A DNA stretch of 64,000 nucleotides from the human T2T-CHM13v2.0 reference genome, Homo sapiens. Position numbers and translations under genes: made by a program. Positions 21,501 to 36,500 of this stretch are shown piece by piece. Location of the stretch: the NCBI RefSeq assembly GCF_009914755.1, contig NC_060947.1. One strand, written 5' to 3'. Under the pieces are notes generated by a model that made no database searches, had not been told where the DNA came from, and was given only the letters and a program-made list of their open reading frames with translations. Position 1 is the stretch's first letter. Every line of letters begins with the position of its first letter.

Positions 21501-24500
21501 CATTGAGGACAGATAGAGAGCAGACTGTGCAAACTCTAGAGTCTGCATTGGGCCTAGGTCTCATTGAGGGCAGATAGAGACCAGACTATGCAACGTTTAG
21601 AGTCTGCATTGGGCCTAGGTCTCATTGAGGGCAGTTAGAGAGCAGACTGTGCAACCTTTAGAGTCTGCATTGGGCCTAGGTCTCATTGAGAGCAGATAGA
21701 GAGCACACTGTGCCAACTTTAGAGTCGGCATTGGGCCTAGGTCTCATTGAGGACAGATAGAGACCGGACTGTGCAACCTTTAGAGTCTGCATTGGGCCTA
21801 CGTCTCATTGAGGACAGATAGAGAGCAGACTAGGCAACCATTAGAGTCGGCACTGGTCCTAGGTCTCATTGAGGACAGATATAGAGCAGACTGTGCAACC
21901 TTTAGAGTCTGCATTGGGCCTGGGTCTCATTGAGGACAGATAGCGACCAGACTGTGCAACCTTTAGAGTCTGCATTGGGCTTAGGTCTCATTGAGGGCAG
22001 TTAGAGAGCAGACTGTGCAACCTTTAGAGTCTGCATTGGGCCTAGGTCTCATTGAGAGCAGATAGAGAGCACACTGTACAACCTCTAGAGTCGGCATTGG
22101 GCCTAGGTCTCATTGAGGACAGATAGAGACCAGACTGTTGAAACTTTAGAGTCTGCATTGGGCCTAGGTCTCATTGAGGACAGATAGAGGGCAGACTGTG
22201 CAACCTTTAGAGTCTACAATGGGCCTAGGTATCAGTGAGGACAAATAGAGAGGAGACTGTGCAACCTTTAGAGTCTGCACTGGCCCTAGGTCTCTTTGAG
22301 GACAGACAGAGAGCAGAATGTGCAAACTTTAGAGTCTGCACTGGGCCTAGGTCTCATTGAGGACAGATAGAGACCAGACTGTGCAACCTTTAGAGTCTGC
22401 ATTGGGCCTAGGTCTCCTTGAGGTCAGACAGACAGCAGACTCTGCAACCTTTAGAGTCTGCATTGGGCCTAGGTCTAATTGCGGACAGATAGACAGCAGA
22501 CTGTGCAACGTTTAGAGTCTGCATTGGGCCTAGGTCTAATTGCGGACAGATAGAGAGCAGACTATGCAACGTTTAGAGTCTGCATTGGGCCTGGGTCTCA
22601 TTGAGGACAGATAGAGAGCAGACTGTGCAACCTTTAGGGTCTCTATTGGGCCTAGGTCTCATTGAGGACAGATAGGGAGCGGACTGTGCAACCTTTAGAG
22701 TCTGCATTGGGCCTAGGTCTCATTGAGGGCAGATAGAGAGCAGGCTCGGCAACCCTTAGAGTCTGCATTGGGCCTAGATATCATTGAGGACAGATAGAGA
22801 GCATGCTATGCAACCTTTAGAGTCTGCACTGGGCCTAGGTCTCATTGAGGACACATAGAGAGCAGACTGTGCAACCTTTAGAGTCTGCATTGGGCCTATG
22901 TCTCATTGAGGACAGTTAGAGAGCAGACTGTGCAACCTTTAGAGTCTGCATTTGGCCTAGGTCTCATTGAGGACAGAAAGAGACCAGAGTGTGCAAACTT
23001 TAGAGTCTGCATTGGGCCTAGGTCTCATTGAGGACAGATAGAGAGCAGACTGTAGAACCTTTATAGTCTGCATTGGGCCTAGGTCTCATTGAGGTCAGAT
23101 AGAGAGCAGACTGTGCAAGCTTTAGAGTCTGCACTTGTCCTAGGTCTCATTGAGGACAGATAGAGAACAGACTGTGCAACCTTTAGAGTCTGCATTGGGC
23201 CTAGGTCTCATTGAGGGCAGTTAGAGAGCAGACTGTGCAAACTTTAGAGTCTGCATTGGGCCTAGGTCTCATTGAGAGCAGATAGAGAGCACACTGTGCA
23301 AACTCTAGAGTCGGCATTGGGCCTAGGTCTCATTGAGGACAGATAGAGACCAGACTGTGCAAACTTTAGAGTCTGCATTGGGCCTAGGTCTCATTGAGGA
23401 CAGATAGAGGGCAGACTGTGCAACCTTTAGAGTCTGCATTGGGCCTAGGTCTCATTGAGGACAGATAGAGAGCAGACTTTGCAAACTTTAGAGTCTGCAC
23501 TGGGCCTAGGTCTCATTGAGGGCATATAGAGACCATACTGTGCAAACTTTAGAGTCTGCATTGGGTCTAGGTCTCACTGAGGAGAGATAGAGAGCAGACT
23601 TTGCAAACTTCAGAGTCTGCATTAGGTCTAGGTCTCACTGAGGACTGATAGAGAGCAGACTATGCAACTTTAGAGTCTGCCTGGCCCTAGGTCTCATTGA
23701 GGACAGATAGAGAGCAGACTGCGCAAACTTTAGAGTCTGCATTGGGCCTAGGTCTCACTGAGGACAGATAGAGAGCACACTGTGTAACCTTTAGAGTTTG
23801 CAAAGGGCCTCGGTCTCATTGAGGACCGATAGAGAGCAGACTGTGCAACCTTTAGAGTCTGCATTGGGCCTGGGTCTCATTGAGGAAAAACAGAGAGCAG
23901 ACTGTGCAACCTTTAGAGTCTGCATTGGGCCTAGGTCTCATTGAGGGCAGATAGAGAGCAGACTGTGCAACCTTTAGAGTCTGCACTAGGGCTAGGTCTC
24001 ATCGAGGACAGATAGAGAGCAGACTGTGCAACATTTAGAGTCTGCATTGGACCTAGGTCTCACTGAGGACAGATAGAGAGCAGACTATGCAAACTTTACA
24101 GTCTGCACTGGGCCTAGGTCTCATTGAGGACAGATAGAGAGCAGACTGTGCAACCTTTACAGTCTGCATTGGGCCTGGGTCTCATTCAGGAGAGATAGAG
24201 ACCAGAATGTGCAACCTTTAGAGTTTGCATTGGGCCTAGGTCTCTTGAGAGCAGATAGAGAGCAGACTGTGCAACCTTTACAGTCTGCATTGGGCCTAGG
24301 TCTCATTGAGGGCCGATAGAGAGCAGACTGTGGAAACTTTAGAGTCTGCACTGGGCCTAGGTCTGATTGAGGACACATAGAGAGCAGACTGTGCAACCTT
24401 TAGAGTCTGCATTTGGCCTAGGTCTCATTGAGGACAGATGGAGAGCACACTGTGCAACCTTTAGAGTCCGCATTGGGCCTAGGTCTCATTGAGGACAGAT

Positions 24501-27500
24501 AGAGACCAGACTGTGCAACCTTTAGAGTTTGCATTGGGCCTAGGTCTCATTGAGGGCAGATAGAGAGCAGACTGTGCAACCTTTAGAGTCTGCATTGGGC
24601 CTAGGTCTCATTGAGGACCGATAGAGAGCAGACTGTGCAACCTTTAGACTCTGCATTGGGCCTGGGTCTCATTGAGGACAAATAGAGAACAGACTGTGCA
24701 ACCTTTAGAGTCTGCATTGGGCCTAGGTATCAGTGAGGACAGATAGAGAGGAGACTGTGCAACCTTTAGAGTCTGCACTGGGCCTAGGTCTCTTTGAGGA
24801 CAGACAGAGAGCAGACTGTGCAAACTTTAGAGTCTGCACTGGGCCTAGGTGTCATTGAGGACAGATAGAGACCAGACTGTGCAACCTTTAGAGTCTGCAT
24901 TGGGCCTAGGTCTCCTTGAGGTCAGATAGACAGCAGAATCTGCAACCTTTAGAGTCTGCATTGGGCCTAGGTCTAATTGCGGACAGATAGACAGCAGACT
25001 GTGCAACGTTTAGAGTCTGCATTGGGCCTAGGTCTAATTGCGGACAGATAGAGAGCAGACTATGCAACGTTTAGAGTCTGCATTGGGCCTGGGTCTCATT
25101 GAGGACAGATAGAGAGCAGACTGTGCAACCTTTAGAGTCTCTATTGGGCCTAGGTCTCATTGAGGACAGATAGGGAGAGGACTGTGCAACCTTTAGAGTC
25201 TGCATTGGGCCTAGGTCTCATTGAGGGCAGATAGAGAGCAGGCTCGGGAACCCTTAGAGTCTGCATTGGGCCTAGATCTCATTGAGGACAGATAGAGAGC
25301 ATACTATGCAACCTTTAGAGTCTGCACTGGGCCTAGGTCTCATTGAGGACACATAGAGAGCAGACTGTGCAACCTTTAGAGTCTGCATTGGGCCTATGTC
25401 TCATTGAGGACAGTTAGAGAGCAGGCTGTGCAACCTTTACAGTCTGCATTTGGCCTAGGTCTCATTGAGGACAGAAAGAGACCAGAGTGCGCAAACTTTA
25501 GAGTCTGCATTGGGCCTAGGTCTCATTGAGGACAGATAGAGAGCAGACTGTAGAACCTTTATAGTCTGCATTGGGCCTAGGTCTCATTGAGGTCAGATAG
25601 AGAGCAGACTGTGCAAGCTTTAGAGTCTGCACTTGGCCTAGGTCTCATTGAGGACAGATAGAGAACAGACTGTGCAACCTTTAGAGTCTGCATTGGGCCT
25701 AGGTCTCATTGAGGGCAGTTAGAGAGCAGACTGTGCAACCTTTAGAGTCTGCATTGGGCCTAGGTCTCATTGAGAGCAGATAGAGAGCACACTGTGCAAC
25801 CTCTAGAGTCGGCATTGGGCCTAGGTCTCATTGAGGACAGATAGAGACCAGACTGTGCAAACTTTAGAGTCTGCATTGGGCCTAGGTCTCATTGAGGACA
25901 GATAGAGGGCAGACTGTGCAACCTTTAGAGTCTGCATTGAGCCTAGGTCTCATTGAGGACAGATAGAGAGCAGACTGTGCAACCTTTCGAGTCTGCACTG
26001 GGCCTAGGTCTCATTGAGGGCATATAGAGACCATACTGTGCAAACTTTAGAGTCTGCATTGGGTCTAGGTCTCACTGAGGAGAGATAGAGAGCAGACTTT
26101 GCAAACTTTAGAGTCTGCATTAGGTCTAGGTCTCACTGAGGACTGATAGAGAGCAGACTATGCAACTTTAGAGTCTGCACTGGCCCTAGGTCTCATTGAG
26201 GACAGATAGAGAGCAGACTGCGCAAACTTTAGAGTCTGCATTGGGTCTAGGTCTCATTGAGGACAGATAGAGAGCACACTGTGTAACCTTTAGAGTCTGC
26301 ATAGAGCCTCGGTCTCATTGAGGACCGATAGAGAGCAGACTGTGCAACCTTTAGAATCTGCATTGGGCCTAGGTCTCATTGAGGGCAGGTAGAGAGCCGA
26401 CTGTGCAACCTTTAGAGTCTGCATTGGGCCAAGGTCTCATTGAGGTCAGATAGAGAGCACACTGTGCAACCTTTAGAGACTGCATTGAGCCTGGGTCTCA
26501 TTGAGGACAGATAGAGAGCAGACTGTGCAACCTTTAGAGTCTGCATTGGGCCTAGGTCTCATTGAGGGCACATAGAGAGCAGACTGCACAACCTTTAGAG
26601 TCTGCATTGGGCCTACGTCTCATTGAGGGCAGATAGAGAACAGACGGTGCAACCTTTACAGTCTGCATTGGGCCTAGGTCTCAATGAGGGCAGGTAGAGA
26701 GCCGACTGTACAACCTTTAGAGTCTGCATTGGGCCTAGGTCTCATTGAGGGCAGATAGAGAGCAGACGGTGCAACCTTTAGAGTCTGCATTGGGCCTAGG
26801 TCTCATTGAGGACAGATAGAGAGCAGACTGTGCAACCTTTAGAGACTGCATTGAGCCTGAGTCTCATTGAGGACAGATAGAGAGCAGACTGTGCAACCAT
26901 TAGAGTCTGCATTGGGCCTAGGTCTCATTGAGGGCACATAGAGAGCAGACTGTGCAACCTTTAGAGTCTGCATTGGGCCTAGGTCTCATTGAGGACAGAT
27001 AGAGAGCAGACTGTGCAACCTTTAGAGTCTGCATTGGGTCTAGGGCTCATTGAGGGCAGACAGAGAGCAGACTGTGCAAACTTTAGAGTCTGCATTGGGC
27101 CTAGGTCTCATTGAAGACAGATAGAGAGCAGACTGTGCAACCTTTAGAGTCCGAATTGGGCCTCGGTCTCATTGAGGACCGATGGAGAGCAGACTGTGCA
27201 ACCTTTAGAGTCTGCATTGGGCCTGGGTCTCACTGAGGACAAATAGAGAGCAGACTGTGCAACCTTTAGGGACTGCATTGGACCTAGGTCTCATTGAGGA
27301 CAGATAGAGAGCAGACTAGGCAACCTTTAGAGTCGGCACTGGGCCTAGGTCTCATTGAGGACACATATAGAGCAGACTGTGCAACCTTTACAGTCTGCAT
27401 TGGGCCTGGGTCTCATTGAGGACAGATAGAGACCAGACTGTGCAACCTTTAGAGTCTGCATTGGGCCTAGGTCTCATTGAGGGCAGATAGAGAGCAGACT

Positions 27501-30500
27501 GTGCAACCTTTAGAGTCTGCACTGGGCCTAGGTCTCATTGAGGACAGATAGAGAGCAGACTGTGCAACCTTTAGAGTCTGCATTGGGCCTAGGTCTCATT
27601 GAGAGCAGATAGAGAGCATACTGTGCAACCTTTAGAGTCGGCATTGGGCCTAGGTCTCATTGAGGACAGATAGAGACCAGACTGTGCAACCTTTAGAGTC
27701 TGCATTGGGCCTAGGTCTCATTGAGGACAGATAGAGAGCAGACTAGGCAACCATTAGAGTCGGCACTGGTCCTAGGTCTCATTGAGGACAGATATAGAGC
27801 AGACTGTGCAACCTTTAGAGTCTGCATTGTGCCTGGGTCTCATTGAGGACAGATAGAGAGCAGACTGTGCAACCTTTAGAGTCTGCACTGGGCCTAGGTC
27901 TCATTGAGGACAGATAGAGAGCAGACTGTGCAACCTCTAGAGTCTGCATTGGGCCTAGGTCTCATTGAGGGCATTTAGAGAGCAGACTGCGCAACCTTTA
28001 GAGTCTGCATTGGGCCTAGGTCTCATTGAGAGCAGATAGAGAGCACACTGTGCAACCTCTAGAGTCGGCATTGGGCCTAGGTCTCATTGAGGACAGATAG
28101 AGACCAGACTGTGCAAACTTTAGAGTCTGCATTGGGCCTAGGTCTCATTGAGGACAGATAGAGGGCAGACTGTGCAACCTTTAGAGTCTGCATTGGGCCT
28201 AGGTCTCATTATGGACCGATACAGAGCAGACTGTGCAACCTTTAGAGTCTGCACTGGGCCTAGGTCTCATTGAGAGCAGATAGAGAGCACACTGTGCAAA
28301 CTTTAGAGTCGGCATTGGGCCTAGGTCTCATTGAGGACAGATAGAGACCGGACTGTGCAACCTTTAGAGTCTGCATTGGGCCTACGTCTCATTGAGGACA
28401 GATAGAGAGCAGACTAGGCAACCATTAGAGTCGGCACTGGTCCTAGGTCTCATTGAGGACAGATATAGAGCAGACTGTGCAACCTTTAGAGTCTGCATTG
28501 GGCCTGGGTCTCATTGAGGACAGATAGCGACCAGACTGTGCAACCTTTAGAGTCTGCATTGGGCTTAGGTCTCATTGAGGGCAGTTAGAGAGCAGACTGT
28601 GCAACCTTTAGAGTCTGCATTGGGCCTAGGTCTCATTGAGAGCAGATAGAGAGCACACTGTGCAACCTCTAGAGTCGGCATTGGGCCTAGGTCTCATTGA
28701 GGACAGATAGAGACCAGACTGTTGAAACTTTAGAGTCTGCATTGGGCCTAGGTCTCATTGAGGACAGATAGAGGGCAGACTGTGCAACCTTTAGAGTCTA
28801 CAATGGGCCTAGGTATCAGTGAGGACAAATAGAGAGGAGACTGTGCAACCTTTAGAGTCTGCACTGGCCCTAGGTCTCTTTGAGGACAGACAGAGAGCAG
28901 AATGTGCAAACTTTAGAGTCTGCACTGGGCCTAGGTGTCATTGAGGACAGATAGAGACCAGACTGTGCAACCTTTAGAGTCTGCATTGGGCCTAGGTCTC
29001 CTTGAGGTCAGACAGACAGCAGACTCTGCAACCTTTAGAGTCTGCATTGGGCCTAGGTCTAATTGCGGACAGATAGACAGCAGACTGTGCAACGTTTAGA
29101 GTCTGCATTGGGCCTAGGTCTAATTGCGGACAGATAGAGAGCAGACTATGCAACGTTTAGAGTCTGCATTGGGCCTGGGTCTCATTGAGGACAGATAGAG
29201 AGCAGACTGTGCAACCTTTAGGGTCTCTATTGGGCCTAGGTCTCATTGAGGACAGATAGGGAGCGGACTGTGCAACCTTTAGAGTCTGCATTGGGCCTAG
29301 GTCTCATTGAGGGCAGATAGAGAGCAGGCTCGGCAACCCTTAGAGTCTGCATTGGGCCTAGATATCATTGAGGACAGATAGAGAGCATGCTATGCAACCT
29401 TTAGAGTCTGCACTGGGCCTAGGTCTCATTGAGGACACATAGAGAGCAGACTGTGCAACCTTTAGAGTCTGCATTGGGCCTATGTCTCATTGAGGACAGT
29501 TAGAGAGCAGACTGTGCAACCTTTAGAGTCTGCATTTGGCCTAGGTCTCATTGAGGACAGAAAGAGACCAGAGTGTGCAAACTTTAGAGTCTGCATTGGG
29601 CCTAGGTCTCATTGAGGACAGATAGAGAGCAGACTGTAGAACCTTTATAGTCTGCATTGGGCCTAGGTCTCATTGAGGTCAGATAGAGAGCAGACTGTGC
29701 AAGCTTTAGAGTCTGCACTTGTCCTAGGTCTCATTGAGGACAGATAGAGAACAGACTGTGCAACCTTTAGAGTCTGCATTGGGCCTAGGTCTCATTGAGG
29801 GCAGTTAGAGAGCAGACTGTGCAAACTTTAGAGTCTGCATTGGGCCTAGGTCTCATTGAGAGCAGATAGAGAGCACACTGTGCAAACTCTAGAGTCGGCA
29901 TTGGGCCTAGGTCTCATTGAGGACAGATAGAGACCAGACTGTGCAAACTTTAGAGTCTGCATTGGGCCTAGGTCACATTGAGGACAGATAGAGGGCAGAC
30001 TGTGCAACCTTTAGAGTCTGCATTGGGCCTAGGTCTCATTGAGGACAGATAGAGAGCAGACTTTGCAAACTTTAGAGTCTGCACTGGGCCTAGGTCTCAT
30101 TGAGGGCATATAGAGACCATACTGTGCAAACTTTAGAGTCTGCATTGGGTCTAGGTCTCACTGAGGAGAGATAGAGAGCAGACTTTGCAAACTTCAGAGT
30201 CTGCATTAGGTCTAGGTCTCACTGAGGACTGATAGAGAGCAGACTATGCAACTTTAGAGTCTGCCTGGCCCTAGGTCTCATTGAGGACAGATAGAGAGCA
30301 GACTGCGCAAACTTTAGAGTCTGCATTGGGCCTAGGTCTCACTGAGGACAGATAGAGAGCACACTGTGTAACCTTTAGAGTTTGCATAGGGCCTCGGTCT
30401 CATTGAGGACCGATAGAGAGCAGACTGTGCAACCTTTAGAGTCTGCATTGGGCCTGGGTCTCATTGAGGAAAAATGGAGAGCCGACTGTGCAACCTTTAG

Positions 30501-33500
30501 AGTCTGCATTGGGCCTAGGTCTCATTGAGGGCAGATAGAGAGCAGACTGTGCAACCTTTAGAGTCTGCACTAGGGCTAGGTCTCATCGAGGACAGATAGA
30601 GAGCAGACTGTGCAACATTTAGAGTCTGCATTGGACCTAGGTCTCACTGAGGACAGATAGAGAGCAGACTATGCAAACTTTACAGTCTGCACTGGGCCTA
30701 GGTCTCATTGAGGACAGATAGAGAGCAGACTGTGCAACCTTTACAGTCTGCATTGGGCCTGGGTCTCATTCAGGAGAGATAGAGACCAGAATGTGCAACC
30801 TTTAGAGTTTGCATTGGGCCTAGGTCTCTTGAGAGCAGATAGAGAGCAGACTGTGCAACCTTTACAGTCTGCATTGGGCCTAGGTCTCATTGAGGGCCGA
30901 TAGAGAGCAGACTGTGCAAACTTTAGAGTCTGCACTGGGCCTAGGTCTGATTGAGGACACATAGAGAGCAGACTGTGCAACCTTTAGAGTCTGCATTTGG
31001 CCTAGGTCTCATTGAGGACAGATGGAGAGCACACTGTGCAACCTTTAGAGTCCGCATTGGGCCTAGGTCTCATTGAGGACAGATAGAGACCAGACTGTGC
31101 AACCTTTAGAGTTTGCATTGGGCCTAGGTCTCATTGAGGGCAGATAGAGAGCAGACTGTGCAACCTTTAGAGTCTGCATTGGGCCTAGGTCTCATTGAGG
31201 ACCGATAGAGAGCAGACTGTGCAACCTTTAGACTCTGCATTGGGCCTGGGTCTCATTGAGGACAAATAGAGAACAGACTGTGCAACCTTTAGAGTCTGCA
31301 TTGGGCCTAGGTATCAGTGAGGACAGATAGAGAGGAGACTGTGCAACCTTTAGAGTCTGCACTGGGCCTAGGTCTCTTTGAGGACAGACAGAGAGCAGAC
31401 TGTGCAAACTTTAGAGTCTGCACTGGGCCTAGGTGTCATTGAGGACAGATAGAGACCAGACTGTGCAACCTTTAGAGTCTGCATTGGGCCTAGGTCTCCT
31501 TGAGGTCAGATAGACAGCAGAATCTGCAACCTTTAGAGTCTGCATTGGGCCTAGGTCTAATTGCGGACAGATAGACAGCAGACTGTGCAACGTTTAGAGT
31601 CTGCATTGGGCCTAGGTCTAATTGCGGACAGATAGAGAGCAGACTATGCAACGTTTAGAGTCTGCATTGGGCCTGGGTCTCATTGAGGACAGATAGAGAG
31701 CAGACTGTGCAACCTTTAGAGTCTCTATTGGGCCTAGGTCTCATTGAGGACAGATAGGGAGAGGACTGTGCAACCTTTAGAGTCTGCATTGGGCCTAGGT
31801 CTCATTGAGGGCAGATAGAGAGCAGGCTCGGGAACCCTTAGAGTCTGCATTGGGCCTAGATCTCATTGAGGACAGATAGAGAGCATACTATGCAACCTTT
31901 AGAGTCTGCACTGGGCCTAGGTCTCATTGAGGACACATAGAGAGCAGACTGTGCAACCTTTAGAGTCTGCATTGGGCCTATGTCTCATTGAGGACAGTTA
32001 GAGAGCAGGCTGTGCAACCTTTACAGTCTGCATTTGGCCTAGGTCTCATTGAGGACAGAAAGAGACCAGAGTGCGCAAACTTTAGAGTCTGCATTGGGCC
32101 TAGGTCTCATTGAGGACAGATAGAGAGCAGACTGTAGAACCTTTATAGTCTGCATTGGGCCTAGGTCTCTTTGAGGTCAGATAGAGAGCAGACTGTGCAA
32201 GCTTTAGAGTCTGCACTTGGCCTAGGTCTCATTGAGGACAGATAGAGAACAGACTGTGCAACCTTTAGAGTCTGCATTGGGCCTAGGTCTCATTGAGGGC
32301 AGTTAGAGAGCAGACTGTGCAACCTTTAGAGTCTGCATTGGGCCTAGGTCTCATTGAGAGCAGATAGAGAGCACACTGTGCAACCTCTAGAGTCGGCATT
32401 GGGCCTAGGTCTCATTGAGGACAGATAGAGACCAGACTGTGCAAACTTTAGAGTCTGCATTGGGCCTAGGTCTCATTGAGGACAGATAGAGGGCAGACTG
32501 TGCAACCTTTAGAGTCTGCATTGAGCCTAGGTCTCATTGAGGACAGATAGAGAGCAGACTGTGCAACCTTTCGAGTCTGCACTGGGCCTAGGTCTCACTG
32601 AGGGCATATAGAGACCATACTGTGCAAACTTTAGAGTCTGCATTGGGTCTAGGTCTCACTGAGGAGAGATAGAGAGCAGACTTTGCAAACTTTAGAGTCT
32701 GCATTAGGTCTAGGTCTCACTGAGGACTGATAGAGAGCAGACTATGCAACTTTAGAGTCTGCACTGGCCCTAGGTCTCATTGAGGACAGATAGAGAGCAG
32801 ACTGCGCAAACTTTAGAGTCTGCATTGGGTCTAGGTCTCATTGAGGACAGATAGAGAGCACACTGTGTAACCTTTAGAGTCTGCATAGAGCCTCGGTCTC
32901 ATTGAGGACCGATAGAGAGCAGACTGTGCAACCTTTAGAATCTGCATTGGGCCTAGGTCTCATTGAGGGCAGGTAGAGAGCCGACTGTGCAACCTTTAGA
33001 GTCTGCATTGGGCCAAGGTCTCATTGAGGTCAGATAGAGAGCACACTGTGCAACCTTTAGAGACTGCATTGAGCCTGGGTCTCATTGAGGACAGATAGAG
33101 AGCAGACTGTGCAACCTTTAGAGTCTGCATTGGGCCTAGGTCTCATTGAGGGCACATAGAGAGCAGACTGCACAAACTTTAGAGTCTGCATTGGGCCTAC
33201 GTCTCATTGAGGGCAGATAGAGAACAGACGGTGCAACCTTTACAGTCTGCATTGGGCCTAGGTCTCAATGAGGGCAGGTAGAGAGCCGACTGTACAACCT
33301 TTAGAGTCTGCATTGGGCCTAGGTCTCATTGAGGGCAGATAGAGAGCAGACGGTGCAACCTTTAGAGTCTGCATTGGGCCTAGGTCTCATTGAGGACAGA
33401 TAGAGAGCAGACTGTGCAACCTTTAGAGACTGCATTGAGCCTGAGTCTCATTGAGGACAGATAGAGAGCAGACTGTGCAACCATTAGAGTCTGCATTGGG

Positions 33501-36500
33501 CCTAGGTCTCATTGAGGGCACATAGAGAGCAGACTGTGCAACCTTTAGAGTATGCATTGGGCCTAGGTCTCATTGAGGACAGATAGAGAGCAGACTGTGC
33601 AACCTTTAGAGTCTGCATTGGGTCTAGGGCTCATTGAGGGCAGACAGAGAGCAGACTGTGCAAACTTTAGAGTCTGCATTGGGCCTAGGTCTCATTGAAG
33701 ACAGATAGAGAGCAGACTGTGCAACCCTTAGAGTCCGAATTGGGCCTCGGTCTCATTGAGGACCGATGGAGAGCAGACTGTGCAACCTTTAGAGTCTGCA
33801 TTGGGCCTGGGTCTCACTGAGGACAAATAGAGAGCAGACTGTGCAACCTTTAGGGACTGCATTGGACCTAGGTCTCATTGAGGACAGATAGAGAGCAGAC
33901 TAGGCAACCTTTAGAGTCGGCACTGGGCCTAGGTCTCATTGAGGACACATATAGAGCAGACTGTGCAACCTTTACAGTCTGCATTGGGCCTGGGTCTCAT
34001 TGAGGACAGATAGAGACCAGACTGTGCAAACTTTAGAGTCTGCATTGGGCCTAGGTCTCATTGAGGGCAGATAGAGAGCAGACTGTGCAACCTTTAGAGT
34101 CTGCACTGGGCCTAGGTCTCATTGAGGACAGATAGAGAGCAGACTGTGCAACCTTTAGAGTCTGCATTGGGCCTAGGTCTCATTGAGAGCAGATAGAGAG
34201 CATACTGTGCAACCTTTAGAGTCGGCATTGGGCCTAGGTCTCATTCAGGACAGATAGAGAGCAGACTAGGCAACCATTAGAGTCGGCACTGGTCCTAGGT
34301 CTCATTGAGGACAGATATAGAGCAGACTGTGCAACCTTTAGAGTCTGCATTGTGCCTGGGTCTCATTGAGGACAGATAGAGAGCAGACTGAGCAACCTTT
34401 AGAGTCTGCACTGGGCCTAGGTCTCATTGAGGACAGATAGAGAGCAGACTGTGCAACCTCTAGAGTCTGCATTGGGCCTAGGTCTCATTGAGGGCATTTA
34501 GAGAGCAGACTGCGCAACCTTTAGAGTCTGCATTGGGCCTAGGTCTCATTGAGAGCAGATAGAGAGCACACTGTGCAACCTCTAGAGTCGGCATTGGGCC
34601 TAGGTCTCATTGAGGACAGATAGAGACCAGACTGTGCAAACTTTAGAGTTTGCATTGGACCTAGGTCTCATTGAGGGCAGATAGAGAGCAAACTGTGCAA
34701 CCTTTAGAGTCTGCATTGGGCCTAGGTCTCATTGAGGACAGATAGAGAGCAGACTGTGCAACCTTTAGAGTCTGCACTGGGCCTAGGTCTCTTTGAGGAC
34801 AGACAGAGAGCAGACTGTGCAAACTTTAGAGTCTGCACTGGGCCTAGGTGTCATTGAGGACAGAAAGAGACCAGACTGTGCAACCTTTAGAGTCTGCATT
34901 GGGCCTAGGTCTCCTTGAGGTCAGATAGACAGCAGACTGTGCAACCTTTAGAGTCTGCATTGGGCCTAGGTCTAATTGCGGACAGATAGAGAGCAGACTA
35001 TGCAACGTTTAGAGTCTGCATTGGGCCTGGGTCTCATTCAGGACAGATAGAGAGCAGACTGTGCAACCTTTAGAGTCTCTATTGGGCCTAGGTCTCATTG
35101 AGGACAGATAGAGAGCGGACTGTGCAACCTTTAGAGTCTGCATTGGGCCTAGGTCTCATTGAGGGCAGATAGAGAGCAGGCTCGGCAACCCTTAGAGTCT
35201 GCATTGGGCCTAGATCTTATTGAGGACAGATAGAGAGCATACTATGCAACCTTTAGAGTCTGCATTGGGCCTAGGTCTCATTGAGGACACATAGAGAGCA
35301 GACTGTGCAACCTTTAGAGTCTGCATTGGGCCTATGTCTCATTGAGGACAGTTAGAGAGCAGACTGTGCAACCTTTAGAGTCTGCATTTGGCCTAGGTCT
35401 CATTGAGGACAGAAACAGACCAGAGTGTGCAACCTTTAGAGTCAGCATTGGGCCTAGGTCTCATTGAGGACAGATAGAGAGCAGACTGTAGAAACTTTAT
35501 AGTCTGCATTGGGCCTAGGTCTCATTGAGGTCAGATAGAGAGCAGACGGTGCAAGCTTTAGAGTCTGCACTTGGCCTAGGTCTCATTGAGGACAGATAGA
35601 GAGCAGACTGTGCAAACTCTAGAGTCTGCATTGGGCCTAGGTCTCATTGAGGGCAGATAGAGACCAGACTATGCAACGTTTAGAGTCTGCATTGGGCCTA
35701 GGTCTCATTGAGGGCAGTTAGAGAGCAGACTGTGCAACCTTTAGAGTCTGCATTGGGCCTAGGTCTCATTGAGAGCAGATAGAGAGCACACTGTGCAAAC
35801 TTTAGAGTCGGCATTGGGCCTAGGTCTCATTGAGGACAGATAGAGACCGGACTGTGCAACCTTTAGAGTCTGCATTGGGCCTACGTCTCATTGAGGACAG
35901 ATAGAGAGCAGACTAGGCAACCATTAGAGTCGGCACTGGTCCTAGGTCTCATTGAGGACAGATATAGAGCAGACTGTGCAACCTTTAGAGTCTGCATTGG
36001 GCCTGGGTCTCATTGAGGACAGATAGCGACCAGACTGTGCAACCTTTAGAGTCTGCATTGGGCTTAGGTCTCATTGAGGGCAGTTAGAGAGCAGACTGTG
36101 CAACCTTTAGAGTCTGCATTGGGCCTAGGTCTCATTGAGAGCAGATAGAGAGCACACTGTGCAACCTCTAGAGTCGGCATTGGGCCTAGGTCTCATTGAG
36201 GACAGATAGAGACCAGACTGTTGAAACTTTAGAGTCTGCATTGGGCCTAGGTCTCATTGAGGACAGATAGAGGGCAGACTGTGCAACCTTTAGAGTCTAC
36301 AATGGGCCTAGGTATCAGTGAGGACAAATAGAGAGGAGACTGTGCAACCTTTAGAGTCTGCACTGGCCCTAGGTCTCTTTGAGGACAGACAGAGAGCAGA
36401 ATGTGCAAACTTTAGAGTCTGCACTGGGCCTAGGTGTCATTGAGGACAGATAGAGACCAGACTGTGCAACCTTTAGAGTCTGCATTGGGCCTAGGTCTCC